Position numbers and translations under genes: made by a program. Below, piece after piece: positions 20,611-30,077 of a DNA stretch of 64,000 nucleotides (positions within the stretch are counted from its first letter, which is position 1; each line of letters starts with the position of its first letter). Below the pieces are notes generated by a model. That model was not told the DNA's origin, did no database searches, and saw only the letters and a list, made by a program, of their open reading frames with translations. This DNA comes from Nannocystales bacterium. GTDB lineage: Bacteria > Myxococcota_A > Polyangia > Nannocystales > Nannocystaceae. The DNA lies in contig JBOEGF010000036.1 of assembly GCA_050633305.1 (NCBI GenBank), positions 32,001-96,000 of the forward strand. The letters run 5' to 3'.

Positions 20611-22248
20611 ATGTGGACCCCACGCGCGGGCTTCATCCCGTTGTTCTTCCTGATCGCGTGCGGAGGGTCGTCTGGCTCTGGCGACGACGTCGGGACCGAG
20701 GCGAGCACCGCCAACGCTGACAGCTCGAGCACCGCGGACGCCACCACGGCAATGGGGGAGGGGACTTCGACGACGACCACCACCGGTGGTCCCGTCGAGC
20801 CACCCGAGGGGACCGCACTCGTCACGCTCGACCTCGAAGCGGTGGTGGCCGAGGTCTCCCCGCGCTACCTCTCGGTCGCCGTGGACAGCTCCCAGGTCCT
20901 GGGCGGTAGCTTTTGGGGCGAGGGCGGCGCGAGCGGAGGCCTCGGCCAGAAGGAGGTCGACCCCTACGACTTCGAGCGCCCCAGACTCCGCGCGCTCGCG
21001 GCCGAGCTGGCACCGGCGTACCTCCGCATCGGCGGCTCCGAAGCCGACGTCGTCTACTACGACCTCTCCGAGACGCCAGTCGACGAAGCGCCCGGACCGT
21101 ACGCGCTGTTGCTGACCGCGCAGCGCTGGGCCGAGCTCGTCGAGTTTTCTGCGTCGATGGGCTTCGAGCTGTTCTTCACGCTCAACGCGGGACCGGGGCC
21201 ACGCGACGAGAACAACGCTTGGCAACCCGACAACGCCCGGACCCTGTTGCAACACGCGGCCGACCGCGGTGACCCCGTCGGCGTTTGGGAGCTTGGCAAC
21301 GAGATCAACGGCTACCCGCTGTTCCACGCGCTCCTGCTCACCGGTGAGGACTACGCCGAGGACGTGCGGGCCGCTCGGACATTGGTCGACGCGGTGGATC
21401 CCGACGCGCTTCTGGCCGGGCCGTCCAGCGCCTATTGGCCTGTACGCGGCGAGCAGAACCCGATCATGCCCGACTTCATCGCGGCGGGCGGCGACGCGCT
21501 CGATGTGGTCACGTGGCACTACTACCCGACCCAGTCCGAACGCTGCCCGCTTCCCAGCCGAAGCTCCGAGCTCACCACCCTGCTCGAAGCGGCCAACTTG
21601 GACGAGGTCGAGAAGTGGGCGGAGGACGTCGAGACGCTGGTCTCCGACCATGCTCCTGAGGCGGAGCTGTGGATGGGCGAGTCGGGCAATGCCCAATGCG
21701 GTGGTCAACCCGGCGTCTCCGATCGCTTCGTCGGGAGTCTGTGGTGGGTGGACCAACTGGGCCTGCTCGCCCGCCGGGGACACCGCGTCACGGTGAGACA
21801 GACGTTGTCGGGATCCGACTATGGCCTCATCGATGACGCGACACTCGATCCCCGTCCCGACTACTGGGCATCGGTGTTGTGGAAGCGCCTGATGGGTGCA
21901 CGCGTGCTCGCGACATCCCACGAGGGACCCACCTCCTTGCGAAGCTACGCGCATTGCGGTGAGCGTGGCGGAGTGACGGTGGTACTCATCAACCTCGACC
22001 AATCCGAAACGCTGGATGTCAGCCTTCGCGCCGACGCGGCCGACGTCTATCTCGTTCATGCCGAGACGCTCGACGCCACCGAGATCCGGCTCAATGGAAG
22101 CGCTCTCCCCGACGACGACGTCGAAGCGCTCGCGGCACTCACCCCCGCCGACGCTGAGCTCGTGCAGGGGCACGCGGTTGTCGCCCTCCCTCCGACGTCG
22201 TTTGCGTTCGTACACCTTCCTGGGCTCAGCTCGGCTGCGTGCGGCTGA
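20611..22248 (+). CDS. Glycoside hydrolase family 79 (heparanase/beta-glucuronidase-like) lipoprotein
   Basis: YLRIGGSEAD, WELGNE (acid/base), WMGESG (nucleophile), RQTLSGSDYGLI, PDYWASVLWKRLMG. Confidence 0.9.
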   Translation: MWTPRAGFIPLFFLIACGGSSGSGDDVGTEASTANADSSSTADATTAMGEGTSTTTTTGGPVEPPEGTALVTLDLEAVVAEVSPRYLSVAVDSSQVLGGSFWGEGGASGGLGQKEVDPYDFERPRLRALAAELAPAYLRIGGSEADVVYYDLSETPVDEAPGPYALLLTAQRWAELVEFSASMGFELFFTLNAGPGPRDENNAWQPDNARTLLQHAADRGDPVGVWELGNEINGYPLFHALLLTGEDYAEDVRAARTLVDAVDPDALLAGPSSAYWPVRGEQNPIMPDFIAAGGDALDVVTWHYYPTQSERCPLPSRSSELTTLLEAANLDEVEKWAEDVETLVSDHAPEAELWMGESGNAQCGGQPGVSDRFVGSLWWVDQLGLLARRGHRVTVRQTLSGSDYGLIDDATLDPRPDYWASVLWKRLMGARVLATSHEGPTSLRSYAHCGERGGVTVVLINLDQSETLDVSLRADAADVYLVHAETLDATEIRLNGSALPDDDVEALAALTPADAELVQGHAVVALPPTSFAFVHLPGLSSAACG

Positions 22249-22299
22249 CCCCGAGTCTCCTGCGGCTCTTGCACTGTTTGCACGGTGCGTGAAGCCGCT

Positions 22300-22327
22300 C
22301 CAAATGCGACAGCGCTGTCGTATTTGG
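22300..22327. promoter_or_regulatory. 28-bp near-perfect palindrome CCAAATGCGACAGCGCTGTCGTATTTGG
   Basis: One mismatched pair; same motif family as 222-245. Confidence 0.45.
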
Positions 22328-22924
22328 GGACGCCCTGGCGACTCGAAACGTCTGAGCTTGCTCCGCAAGAGGCTCCGCCCTTCGGTATGGACGACTCCTG
22401 CCGGAGTGCGGTCGCGACCACGAGGCGAGGGCGACCGCTCGGGCCCGCTGACGGTCACGCCGCGGGTCCGGACCGTTCGAGGTCGCGACCCAAGGTCGCC
22501 AGGCCCGATTCGACGCCGGTTCGAGGTCTTGGGTTCGGCAGCACGTCTCGAATCCCGGACAGGATCGGCGTCCCGTTGCGGGCTGCGGAGCACGGAACGT
22601 GGACTCGTGAGACCCGTATCGGCGTGAACGGCCACATCGTCGGGCCGCCGACCGCACAGGGAGCATCCGTATAGGGCTCGACGGAACCAAGCCGGCGCGA
22701 CCGGAGCCCTTGAATCTGTGCGGGTCGCAACGATGAATCTTGGAGAGCCCTCGGCTCCAACAGGTCGCATGCACCCCGCAGCCATTTCCTCCGTCCTGGT
22801 GCTTGTGTCGCTCCGCCGGACGGACAGGCCCGCCGTTGGTGCAGAGCGTCAACTCGCAGGCGCGGAGATTGGCGCCATCTGCCGCTTCTGAACGACGACG
22901 TCGTGCTCGGAAGGACCCCCGACA

Positions 22925-23176
22925 ATGACACCACTGAAAAAGATTCTCGGAACCCCACTGATCCACGCGGTGCTTGGGTTCATGTTCTTGGCCGCGTTCT
23001 CGTGGCCGATCTTCTCGTTCGAGGAGCCGATCAACACCTGGAAGTTCATGTATGGCGCCTGGGCGGTTGGCATCGGACTCCTGTTCCTCACCACGACGTT
23101 CGGAAGTGCGCCGGAGGCAGACGAGATGGACGACGATGAAGACGTGGATGTGGAAGGCGTAGGCCAGAATGTTTAG
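22925..23176 (+). CDS. Small two-TM membrane protein with acidic tail, overlapping the downstream sensor gene
   Basis: Two hydrophobic helices; 8-bp overlap with the ATG at 23169. Confidence 0.75.
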   Translation: MTPLKKILGTPLIHAVLGFMFLAAFSWPIFSFEEPINTWKFMYGAWAVGIGLLFLTTTFGSAPEADEMDDDEDVDVEGVGQNV

Positions 23177-26100
23177 TCCATGGACAATTATTGGCGTGAT
23201 CGTCGCCTATGTCGCGGTGCTGTTCGTCATCGCGCAATGGGCCGAACGATCCAAGGCCGGCAAATACGTCTCAAAGTACTCCGGCGTCTACGCCCTCGGA
23301 CTGGCTGTCTACTGCACGACCTGGACGTACTACGGTTCGGTTGGCAAGGCCTCGACGGGCGGGATGGGCTTCCTTCCCGTGTACTTGGGTCCCACGTTGG
23401 GGCTGCTGCTGGGGTGGACGATCTTCAGGCGGATCGTTCGTCTCAAGCACGCTCACCGTATTACGAGTATCGCCGACTTTATCTCCAGCCGGTACGGGAA
23501 GTCGCAGGCGGTCGCCGCCATGGTCACCGTCATCATGATGGTGGGAATTATTCCGTATGTTGGCCTGCAGCTGAAGGCCGTGACGGGGACCTTCGTGCAG
23601 ATCACCGCGGGGTCGACCGATGGCGCGGGGATGGCGGGTTGGTTCAGCCCGATCATCGCGACTTTGATGACGATCTTCACGATCGCTTTCGGTATTCGGC
23701 ATATTGACCCCACCGAGCGTCACCCCGGGATGGTGGTGTCGCTGGCCATCGAGTCCACGTTCAAACTCGTCGCTTTCTTGGTCGCGGGCTTCTTCATCGT
23801 GAAGTCGGCGTTCGGCGGTCTCGGTGGCTTCGTCGAGTCCTTCACAGCCAATCCGCCCGATCTCCCGATGCTCAAGGCCGGGGACTCCAAGCAGATCATG
23901 GTGTGGATCACCGTGACGCTGTTGTCGATGTCGGCGTTCTCCTTCCTGCCTCGGCAGTTCCACGTCGGCGTGGTCGAGAACGGTGACCCCGAGCAAGTCA
24001 AGAAGGCTGCGTGGCTCACCCCGCTGTACCTCATCGCCATCAACCTTCTGGTGGTGCCCATTGCGATGGGCGGGTCGTTGCTGGCCGAGGCTGGTACGAC
24101 CGGAGACCAGTTCGTGTTGGCCATTCCCGTGCAATCGGGCCAGGCTGCGCTGTCGTTGGGGGTGTTCATCGGCGGCTTCTCGGCTGCAATCGGCATGATC
24201 ATGATCTCCAGCATGACGATGGCGACCATGATCTCGAACCACCTGGTCATGCCTCTCATCTCAGCCGTGCCCGCGCTGTCGTTCCTGCGACGCCGTATGC
24301 TCTACGTGCGGTGGGTGGCTGCCGCTGGGTTCATCTTCGCCGGCTATGGCTTTGAGGTTGGGGTCGGCGACTCGTACATGTTGGTGGCCATTGGCCTGAT
24401 CTCCTTCGCGGCTGCGTTCATCGTGGCACCGGTTGTGCTCATCGGCCTGTTTTGGCGCAACGCCAGCCGTGGCGGCGCGTTGTTGGGCCTGGGATCCGGC
24501 TTCGTGTTCTGGGCGTACACCCTGTTCATGCCCAGTCTGATCAAGAGTGGCTGGCTCCCCGAGAGCATCCTCGAACACGGCGCGTTCGGGCTGAGCGCCC
24601 TGCGACCCGAAGCTCTGTTCGGCCTCGCTGGTCTTCCCTCGCTGACCCACGGTGTGTTGTTCAGCGGCGTTGCCACCATCACGGGCCTGCTTGCGGGCAG
24701 TGTGCTCTTCCCGTCCAAGGGCGAAGAGCGGGCACTGACCGACGAGTTTCTCGACGAGGGCGAAGGGGGCTTCTCCCACCTCGATGACAAGAATCGCACC
24801 ATCGATGTGGGAGAGAAGCGTGAGGCGACGCTGCGCGTTCTGGGGAAGTACTTCGACCACGCAGAGGCGGGCGAGATGTGCCAGACCTGTTTCCAAGAGG
24901 CGGGAGTGCAAGAGCAGGAGAAGCTCACGGTGGTCGAGATGGCCGAGCTTCACTCGACGATCGAGAAGCACCTCGCCGGTGCGGTGGGTGCAGCATCGGC
25001 GCACGGTGCGATGAAGGACTGGGGAACGATCGATCGTCAGGACTCCAAGTCGCTCGCTCGCTCGTACGGCAAGATGCTGGCCAAGCTCAAGCTCTCGCCG
25101 AAGGAACTCAAGGAGCGCATCGACTTCCAGCAGGAGCGGGAATCCTTGCTCTCCGAGCAGTTCCGCGAGCTTCAGAAGAAGATCGACGAACGCGATGCAG
25201 AGATCGTCGAGCGACAGAAGGCCGAGGTCGCGCTTCAAGCCGCGCACGACGAGCTGGAAGACCGGGTCGAGCTACGCACGGCAGAGCTCAACAAGCGCAA
25301 CAAAGAGATGCGCCTGGTGTTCGACACCGTGAACCAGGGCTTCATCACCATTGACCTCGAGGGTTCCATCGGAGCCGAGCGGTCGCGAGTCGTCTCCGAG
25401 TGGTTCGGCGTTCAAGATGGGCCCGTGCAGAGCAAGCTGCACGAGGTCCTGGCCGGGCTCGATGAGCGGACTGGGACGGCGCTGGAGATGGGCCTGGAGC
25501 AGGTCAAGATGGGCATCTTGCCGCTGGACGTCTCGCTGGATCAGTTGCCGACGGCTTTCGAGGCAGACGGCCGATACTACGAGGCGGACTACCACCCGAC
25601 AGGAGAGATCGACGAGTCGAGTGATGAGTCGCCCGACAACCTCCTGGTCGTCGTTTCCGACGCCACCGCTCGGGTCCAGCAGGAGCGCTCCGAAGAGCGT
25701 CAGAAGGAAGTGGTCGGCTTGTTCGAACGCTTCATGAACGACCGCAACTCGGTTCTCTCCTTCCTCGGAGATGGTGACTCGCTGATCGAGCAGATCACCG
25801 CGTGGAGGGAGGGGGACGAGGACGTCCTCATTCGCCGCAACCTGCACACGCTCAAGGGCAACGCCGGCATCATGGCGGTGGGTAGCATCGCGCGGCTGTG
25901 CCACGCACTCGAGGAGCAGTTCGAGAATGGTGCGCTGTCCCCGGAGGACTCGGAGCGCTTGGCAAACGAATGGAAGAATCTCCGTGGTCGTATCGACGAC
26001 ATCGTCGACACCGAGACCGACACCATCGAGCTGGAACCGCGCGACTACGACGCGATTCTCAAGGCGCTCAACACTGGACGCCCCGCGAAGGACATCGAGG

Positions 26101-26684
26101 CGCTCGTGCTCGGCTGGAAGCTCGAGCCCACGCGCAAGACCCTGAGTCGTCTCGGTGAGCAGGTCTCTCGTCTTGCCGAAGAACTCGGCAAGGGGGAGGT
26201 CGACGTTGTCGTCGAAGACAACGACGTACGCCTGGATGCGGAGGAGTGGGGCGACTTCTGGTCCAATCTCGTGCACGTTGTACGAAACGCGGTCGACCAT
26301 GGCCTGGAGGAGCCTTCCGAACGCGAGAGCGCCGGGAAGAACCCCAATGGCAAGGTCACGCTTCGAACCGAGGACACGGTACAGGCTCTCACGGTGGTCA
26401 TCGAAGACGATGGTCGCGGCATCAACTGGGATGCGCTGCGCAAGAAATGCAAGACGCATGGCCTTCCGTACGAGACGCAGAGCGACCTCGTCGAGGCGCT
26501 GTTCGCCGATGGTGTCTCCACCCGGGACGAGGTCTCGACAACCTCGGGACGCGGCGTCGGCATGGCGGCTGTCCGGGGCGATACCGAAGCCCGTGGTGGC
26601 TCGGTCAAGGTCGACAGCCGGCCCGGCAAGGGCACACGCTGGACGTTCCGCTTCCCCAAGGCGGCGCCTGCGAAGGTCGCGTAG
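23169..26684 (+). CDS. Sodium:solute symporter (SLC5)-STAC fused to Hpt and CheA-type histidine kinase ATPase domains
   Basis: YCTTWTYYGSVG, SIADFISSRYGKS, LPRQFHV (CbrA-type SLC5); HLAGAVGAASA (STAC); LHTLKGNA (Hpt); HVVRNAVDHG, DDGRGI, SGRGVGM (CheA HATPase). Confidence 0.9.
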   Translation: MFSPWTIIGVIVAYVAVLFVIAQWAERSKAGKYVSKYSGVYALGLAVYCTTWTYYGSVGKASTGGMGFLPVYLGPTLGLLLGWTIFRRIVRLKHAHRITSIADFISSRYGKSQAVAAMVTVIMMVGIIPYVGLQLKAVTGTFVQITAGSTDGAGMAGWFSPIIATLMTIFTIAFGIRHIDPTERHPGMVVSLAIESTFKLVAFLVAGFFIVKSAFGGLGGFVESFTANPPDLPMLKAGDSKQIMVWITVTLLSMSAFSFLPRQFHVGVVENGDPEQVKKAAWLTPLYLIAINLLVVPIAMGGSLLAEAGTTGDQFVLAIPVQSGQAALSLGVFIGGFSAAIGMIMISSMTMATMISNHLVMPLISAVPALSFLRRRMLYVRWVAAAGFIFAGYGFEVGVGDSYMLVAIGLISFAAAFIVAPVVLIGLFWRNASRGGALLGLGSGFVFWAYTLFMPSLIKSGWLPESILEHGAFGLSALRPEALFGLAGLPSLTHGVLFSGVATITGLLAGSVLFPSKGEERALTDEFLDEGEGGFSHLDDKNRTIDVGEKREATLRVLGKYFDHAEAGEMCQTCFQEAGVQEQEKLTVVEMAELHSTIEKHLAGAVGAASAHGAMKDWGTIDRQDSKSLARSYGKMLAKLKLSPKELKERIDFQQERESLLSEQFRELQKKIDERDAEIVERQKAEVALQAAHDELEDRVELRTAELNKRNKEMRLVFDTVNQGFITIDLEGSIGAERSRVVSEWFGVQDGPVQSKLHEVLAGLDERTGTALEMGLEQVKMGILPLDVSLDQLPTAFEADGRYYEADYHPTGEIDESSDESPDNLLVVVSDATARVQQERSEERQKEVVGLFERFMNDRNSVLSFLGDGDSLIEQITAWREGDEDVLIRRNLHTLKGNAGIMAVGSIARLCHALEEQFENGALSPEDSERLANEWKNLRGRIDDIVDTETDTIELEPRDYDAILKALNTGRPAKDIEALVLGWKLEPTRKTLSRLGEQVSRLAEELGKGEVDVVVEDNDVRLDAEEWGDFWSNLVHVVRNAVDHGLEEPSERESAGKNPNGKVTLRTEDTVQALTVVIEDDGRGINWDALRKKCKTHGLPYETQSDLVEALFADGVSTRDEVSTTSGRGVGMAAVRGDTEARGGSVKVDSRPGKGTRWTFRFPKAAPAKVA

Positions 26685-26824
26685 CGACCTGCGAGGAGTC
26701 CTGCGAAGGGCGGCGAGCTTTGGGCTCGTCGCCCTTGGTCGTTGATGGATCCGGATTGGATCTTGCGGTCGAGGAGCGTTTGCGCCCTTGCAGAGCCAGT
26801 AGGGTGCTCGAGCCGCGTTTGCGC

Positions 26825-27742
26825 TCACGGACTGTTTCCCCAGTCGAGCAGGTCGGTTGTCGAGGGCGTCGCAAGAACCTCGCACAACCGGGAGCGTCGC
26901 CACTGCAGGCGAGCGCGCCCGCGTTGCACGGCATCATGAACGGTCCGTACCACCTCCGCATGCTGGTGATCAGCGAGTTGGCTTGCAGCGCGTTCCGTCC
27001 GGTCGATGACGGCACCGGGTTCGAGAAACTCGCGTAACCTCCCAAGGTTGGCAACATCCCACCGCTCTTCGAACCCCGTGCTTGCGTACTCCCACAGTGC
27101 AGGCGGGCCGCCTCCGGCATCGGGTGTCCATGGATCGAACACGGGGTTGTCGTCGCCATCGAACGCCAACACCGACGCGTATTGGATCCACGCGACGGCA
27201 TGGCCAACGCACCCGATCCGGTTCCACATCCCCAGAACTTCGCCGACGTTGGGTCCGAGAGTTCCGTACGACGCGAGACAGGAAAACCAACGGTGGGGTG
27301 GGGCGTCCATCCCGTTGTGCCGCAGGCTCGTTTCCTCCTCCATGCGTGCGAGCAACGACTGCCGAATGAACGTGTAGAAAACGTCGCTGATGTCTGGCCC
27401 AAGCGTGTCTGTGATGACGGTCCGGCGCTTGGCGAGGCTCGCGTGAAGTTGCTCGATGACCCCGCCGAGCGCACCACTGCGCAACCCGTGTTGCCATGTC
27501 TCGAGGCACAGGGGCAAGACATGAGCCATCAGATCGGGTTGCAACGGTTGGGCGTGCATGAGGTCCAGCGCGTACTCGTTGATCTCCCGGCCGCACGGAC
27601 CTACACCGACCACGCGCGCGGCCAGGGCTTCGAGCGGGGCCTGCTCGTAGTCGAACGCCTTTTGGGTCACCTTCGTCGGCGGCTCGGGAGACCCTATGTC
27701 TCGGTGAAAGTCCGTTGGGCAGGGGTAGTGATGACGTGACAT
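26825..27742 (-). CDS. Hypothetical protein
   Basis: 305-aa ORF from ATG 27742 with globular composition. Confidence 0.65.
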   Translation of the reverse strand: MSRHHYPCPTDFHRDIGSPEPPTKVTQKAFDYEQAPLEALAARVVGVGPCGREINEYALDLMHAQPLQPDLMAHVLPLCLETWQHGLRSGALGGVIEQLHASLAKRRTVITDTLGPDISDVFYTFIRQSLLARMEEETSLRHNGMDAPPHRWFSCLASYGTLGPNVGEVLGMWNRIGCVGHAVAWIQYASVLAFDGDDNPVFDPWTPDAGGGPPALWEYASTGFEERWDVANLGRLREFLEPGAVIDRTERAASQLADHQHAEVVRTVHDAVQRGRARLQWRRSRLCEVLATPSTTDLLDWGNSP

Positions 27743-28004
27743 GCCGATTCCTTCGTGTTGTGAGCGTCGCCCCTCGGTGTCTGCGGGAATGCTAGGCCGA
27801 CGCACGTCGTGACGAGGGGCCTGCCGGTGCGACCCCCTTCGTCGGTGGGGGCGCCGGATGCCGAAGAGTACGTGCTCGTGCCGCCGCGCAGACAGGAGAG
27901 ACTCCACCGTTCGCTACCGAAGCGAGCAGCTCGCGGCGATCTGACGCGAAGACGGGGCCCGAGGCGGAAGTCCGCAGGAACCCGACAGTTCGGTGAAAGG
28001 CGTT

Positions 28005-28121
28005 CCTGAGTTCCACGACTTCGGCCTTGTACGCGTCGGAGAACCTCCGCCGCTTCCTCCTGGACACTTGGTTCCCGATTCTCTCTTCGGTCGGGGGTGT
28101 CCACCAAACCGGGGAAGTTCA
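28005..28121 (-). mobile_element. IS3-family remnant: left inverted repeat plus the first ~20 codons of orfA
   Basis: TGAACTTCCCCGGTTTGGTGGACACC end (TG-initiated) followed by MSRRKRRRFSDAYKAEVVEL, the usual IS3 OrfA start; the rest is missing. Confidence 0.75.
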
Positions 28122-28179
28122 TGATTGTCACCGCGATTCAGCCTGCTCGCCGCCGTCCGCATCCGGACCAGAGGCGCGG

Positions 28180-28920
28180 TCAGCCGCCGTCGGGGAAGTC
28201 GAAGGCGAGGTCGTCGAAGCCGAGGCCGTAGGAGTCGTCGACATCGACGACCTCGAGCCGGGTGATGTCCGAGGCGTCCGCGAACGTGAGAACCACCGGC
28301 TCGTATGGGTCGCCCAGGCCCATGGCCGCCTCCTCGACCACCACCGACCCATCTTCGGCGAGCAGCCGGACGGTCCCGACGACCCCGGAGTTGTTGACCC
28401 CCGCCAGCGTGATTGATGGCGCACGTACGGGCGCAGCGAAGTCGATGTAGAATGGGGCGTTCGGAGCCGTGTCGCACGAGTAGTACGCGAACACGTAGTA
28501 GGGCTCGGAGCTCGCGGTACCCGCTGCGCTGGTCACCTCGAACGAACAACCCGGAGACGAGGATATGACCCCGTACTCGGCATATTGGTCGGTCACGACC
28601 TCCCCGTCGGCCAGCTCGTCGAAGTCTAGCTCGATCCGCGTGTAGGTCGGCCGCTCGGCGCCGCTCGAGCTCGAGCCGTCCGTCTCCGGGTCTCCCGACG
28701 TCGAGCTCGCGTCACTGCTGGTCGCGGTGGACCCGTCGTTGGGGCTGTCGTTGTCCTCGGGCGGGTCGTCGTCGTCGGGGGTACCGCTCTCGTCGCCGCC
28801 AGCCGTGCCGTCGTCCTCGGTCCCCCCTTCGGTCGGCATATCGTCCACGGGGTCGTCCTCGCCGGACGAGCCACAACCGAGGAGGAGGAGCAGAAGGGGC
28901 CAGGGACGGGAAACAATCAC
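28180..28920 (-). CDS. Hypothetical lipoprotein with acidic linker and beta-sandwich domain
   Basis: LLLLLGC lipobox; LDFDE...DQY...GV and GLGFDDLAF motifs. Confidence 0.75.
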   Translation of the reverse strand: MIVSRPWPLLLLLLGCGSSGEDDPVDDMPTEGGTEDDGTAGGDESGTPDDDDPPEDNDSPNDGSTATSSDASSTSGDPETDGSSSSGAERPTYTRIELDFDELADGEVVTDQYAEYGVISSSPGCSFEVTSAAGTASSEPYYVFAYYSCDTAPNAPFYIDFAAPVRAPSITLAGVNNSGVVGTVRLLAEDGSVVVEEAAMGLGDPYEPVVLTFADASDITRLEVVDVDDSYGLGFDDLAFDFPDGG

Positions 28921-29159
28921 GAGCCGAGCGCTGTGCAACACGTGTGCCCAGCAAAACCCGACGGTTACACGACCCGCCCTCCCGGATCGGGAAGCTCGGG
29001 ACCCGGCGACCCTCCCGGATCGACTCCATCTGCCGGCATGTGCTCTCCGCGCAGGCGTCGGCGAGCCCGCGGCGGTTGGGAGCGAACACGTGCTCCCCAA
29101 GTCCGAGCACCCAGAACCGCCGGAACGGTCTCCGCCGACGCGCTGAGACGCCTTGGGCG

Positions 29160-29720
29160 TCAGTCCTCCCAGTGGAAGAGCGCGTCGAACTCTCGGTACG
29201 GGCCATTGGAGAGGAGCGTCGGAACGGCGACCCCTCGGGTGAGCAGGCCGGCCAGATCGGATGTGCGGAGCCTGTTGTACCCCCAGCGCTCGAGCCTCAG
29301 CTCGACCTGGTGCGAGAGGTTCGCGACGGCGTCGGTCTCAAGAACGTCTACGCTCTCGAAGGTCGGAAGGTAGGACGCCGCGCCGGTGGGGGCCCAGGAC
29401 TTCTCGCCTTCGAGGAAGCAGTACACAGGAGCCAGTCGGCTCAGGAGGACGGCGAGTCCCGTGAAGTGAGCGGCGTGGGGTTTCCGCTGAAAGGACGATT
29501 CGCGGCGGTAGAACCACGCGTCGATGAACGATGCGTAGCCCGACCCGTAGTGGTCGAACTCGGCCCGCAACTCGGCGCGCAGGTCCGCGGCAAGCGAGCG
29601 AACGACGCTGCGCAGCTCGGCCTCCACGGCAACCTCGTCGCGTGGTGACCATGGCGGCCTCAGCGGCGGTTGATGGGTCGCGAGCAGCCTGGCGACGATG
29701 TCTTCGAGTTCTTCGTTCAT
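29160..29720 (-). CDS. Hypothetical protein
   Basis: 186-aa ORF with HYGSGYASF and FDALFHWED motifs. Confidence 0.7.
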   Translation of the reverse strand: MNEELEDIVARLLATHQPPLRPPWSPRDEVAVEAELRSVVRSLAADLRAELRAEFDHYGSGYASFIDAWFYRRESSFQRKPHAAHFTGLAVLLSRLAPVYCFLEGEKSWAPTGAASYLPTFESVDVLETDAVANLSHQVELRLERWGYNRLRTSDLAGLLTRGVAVPTLLSNGPYREFDALFHWED

Positions 29721-29974
29721 GAGCTGCGTTCCTGAATCAGGACGACTACCCTTCTTCTTCGCTGCCGTCCGCCAATCAGCCCCACCCGCGTGAGCGGGAT
29801 TCACACTGCGGCACACGTTCGCCTCGCACCCGACGATGCGCGATGCGCCGCGTGCCGCTCAAGGCGGTGCAGGAGCTTCTCGGTCACGCAACAATCGAGA
29901 TGACGATGCGATACGCGCATCTGTCCCCGACTGTGGCCCGAGACGCGGTGCGTCTCCTCGACCGCGATCACCGC

Positions 29975-29996
29975 GGTGTGACCACAGGTGTGACCA
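29975..29996. repeat. GGTGTGACCA x2 (12-bp period), possible integrase arm-type sites
   Basis: Direct repeats next to the tmRNA-like fragment. Confidence 0.55.
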
Positions 29997-30012
29997 AAAC
30001 CGCCGCCATGTA

Positions 30013-30050
30013 GAAAACGGCCCCTAGCGTGGTGCTAGAGGCCGTTTTTC
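30013..30050 (-). terminator. Hairpin directly downstream of the tmRNA-like 3' end
   Basis: GAAAACGGCCCCTAGC-GTGGT-GCTAGAGGCCGTTTTTC inverted repeat with A/T tails. Confidence 0.65.
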
Positions 30051-30051
30051 A

Positions 30052-30077
30052 GTGGAGGCGCCGGGAGTCGAACCCGG
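30052..30077 (-). mobile_element. att site: displaced 3' fragment (T-arm and acceptor strand) of tmRNA (ssrA) or of a tRNA
   Basis: Minus strand CCGGGTTCGACTCCCGGCGCCTCCAC forms a T-stem/loop plus CTCCA end; no 5' half is adjacent. Confidence 0.75.

Noticed and set aside
20554..22785. 743-aa minus-strand ORF, and similar long antisense ORFs (7507-9087, 25272-26903, 1204-2739)
   Set aside because: Shadow ORFs opposite well-supported genes in high-GC DNA, with no motifs
23169..26684. cheA chemotaxis gene
   Set aside because: No CheW/P5 domain and no che genes nearby; the N-terminus is an SLC5 transporter
30052..30077. Complete tRNA or tmRNA gene
   Set aside because: Only the T-arm and 3' acceptor strand are present; the adjacent sequence does not supply a 5' half
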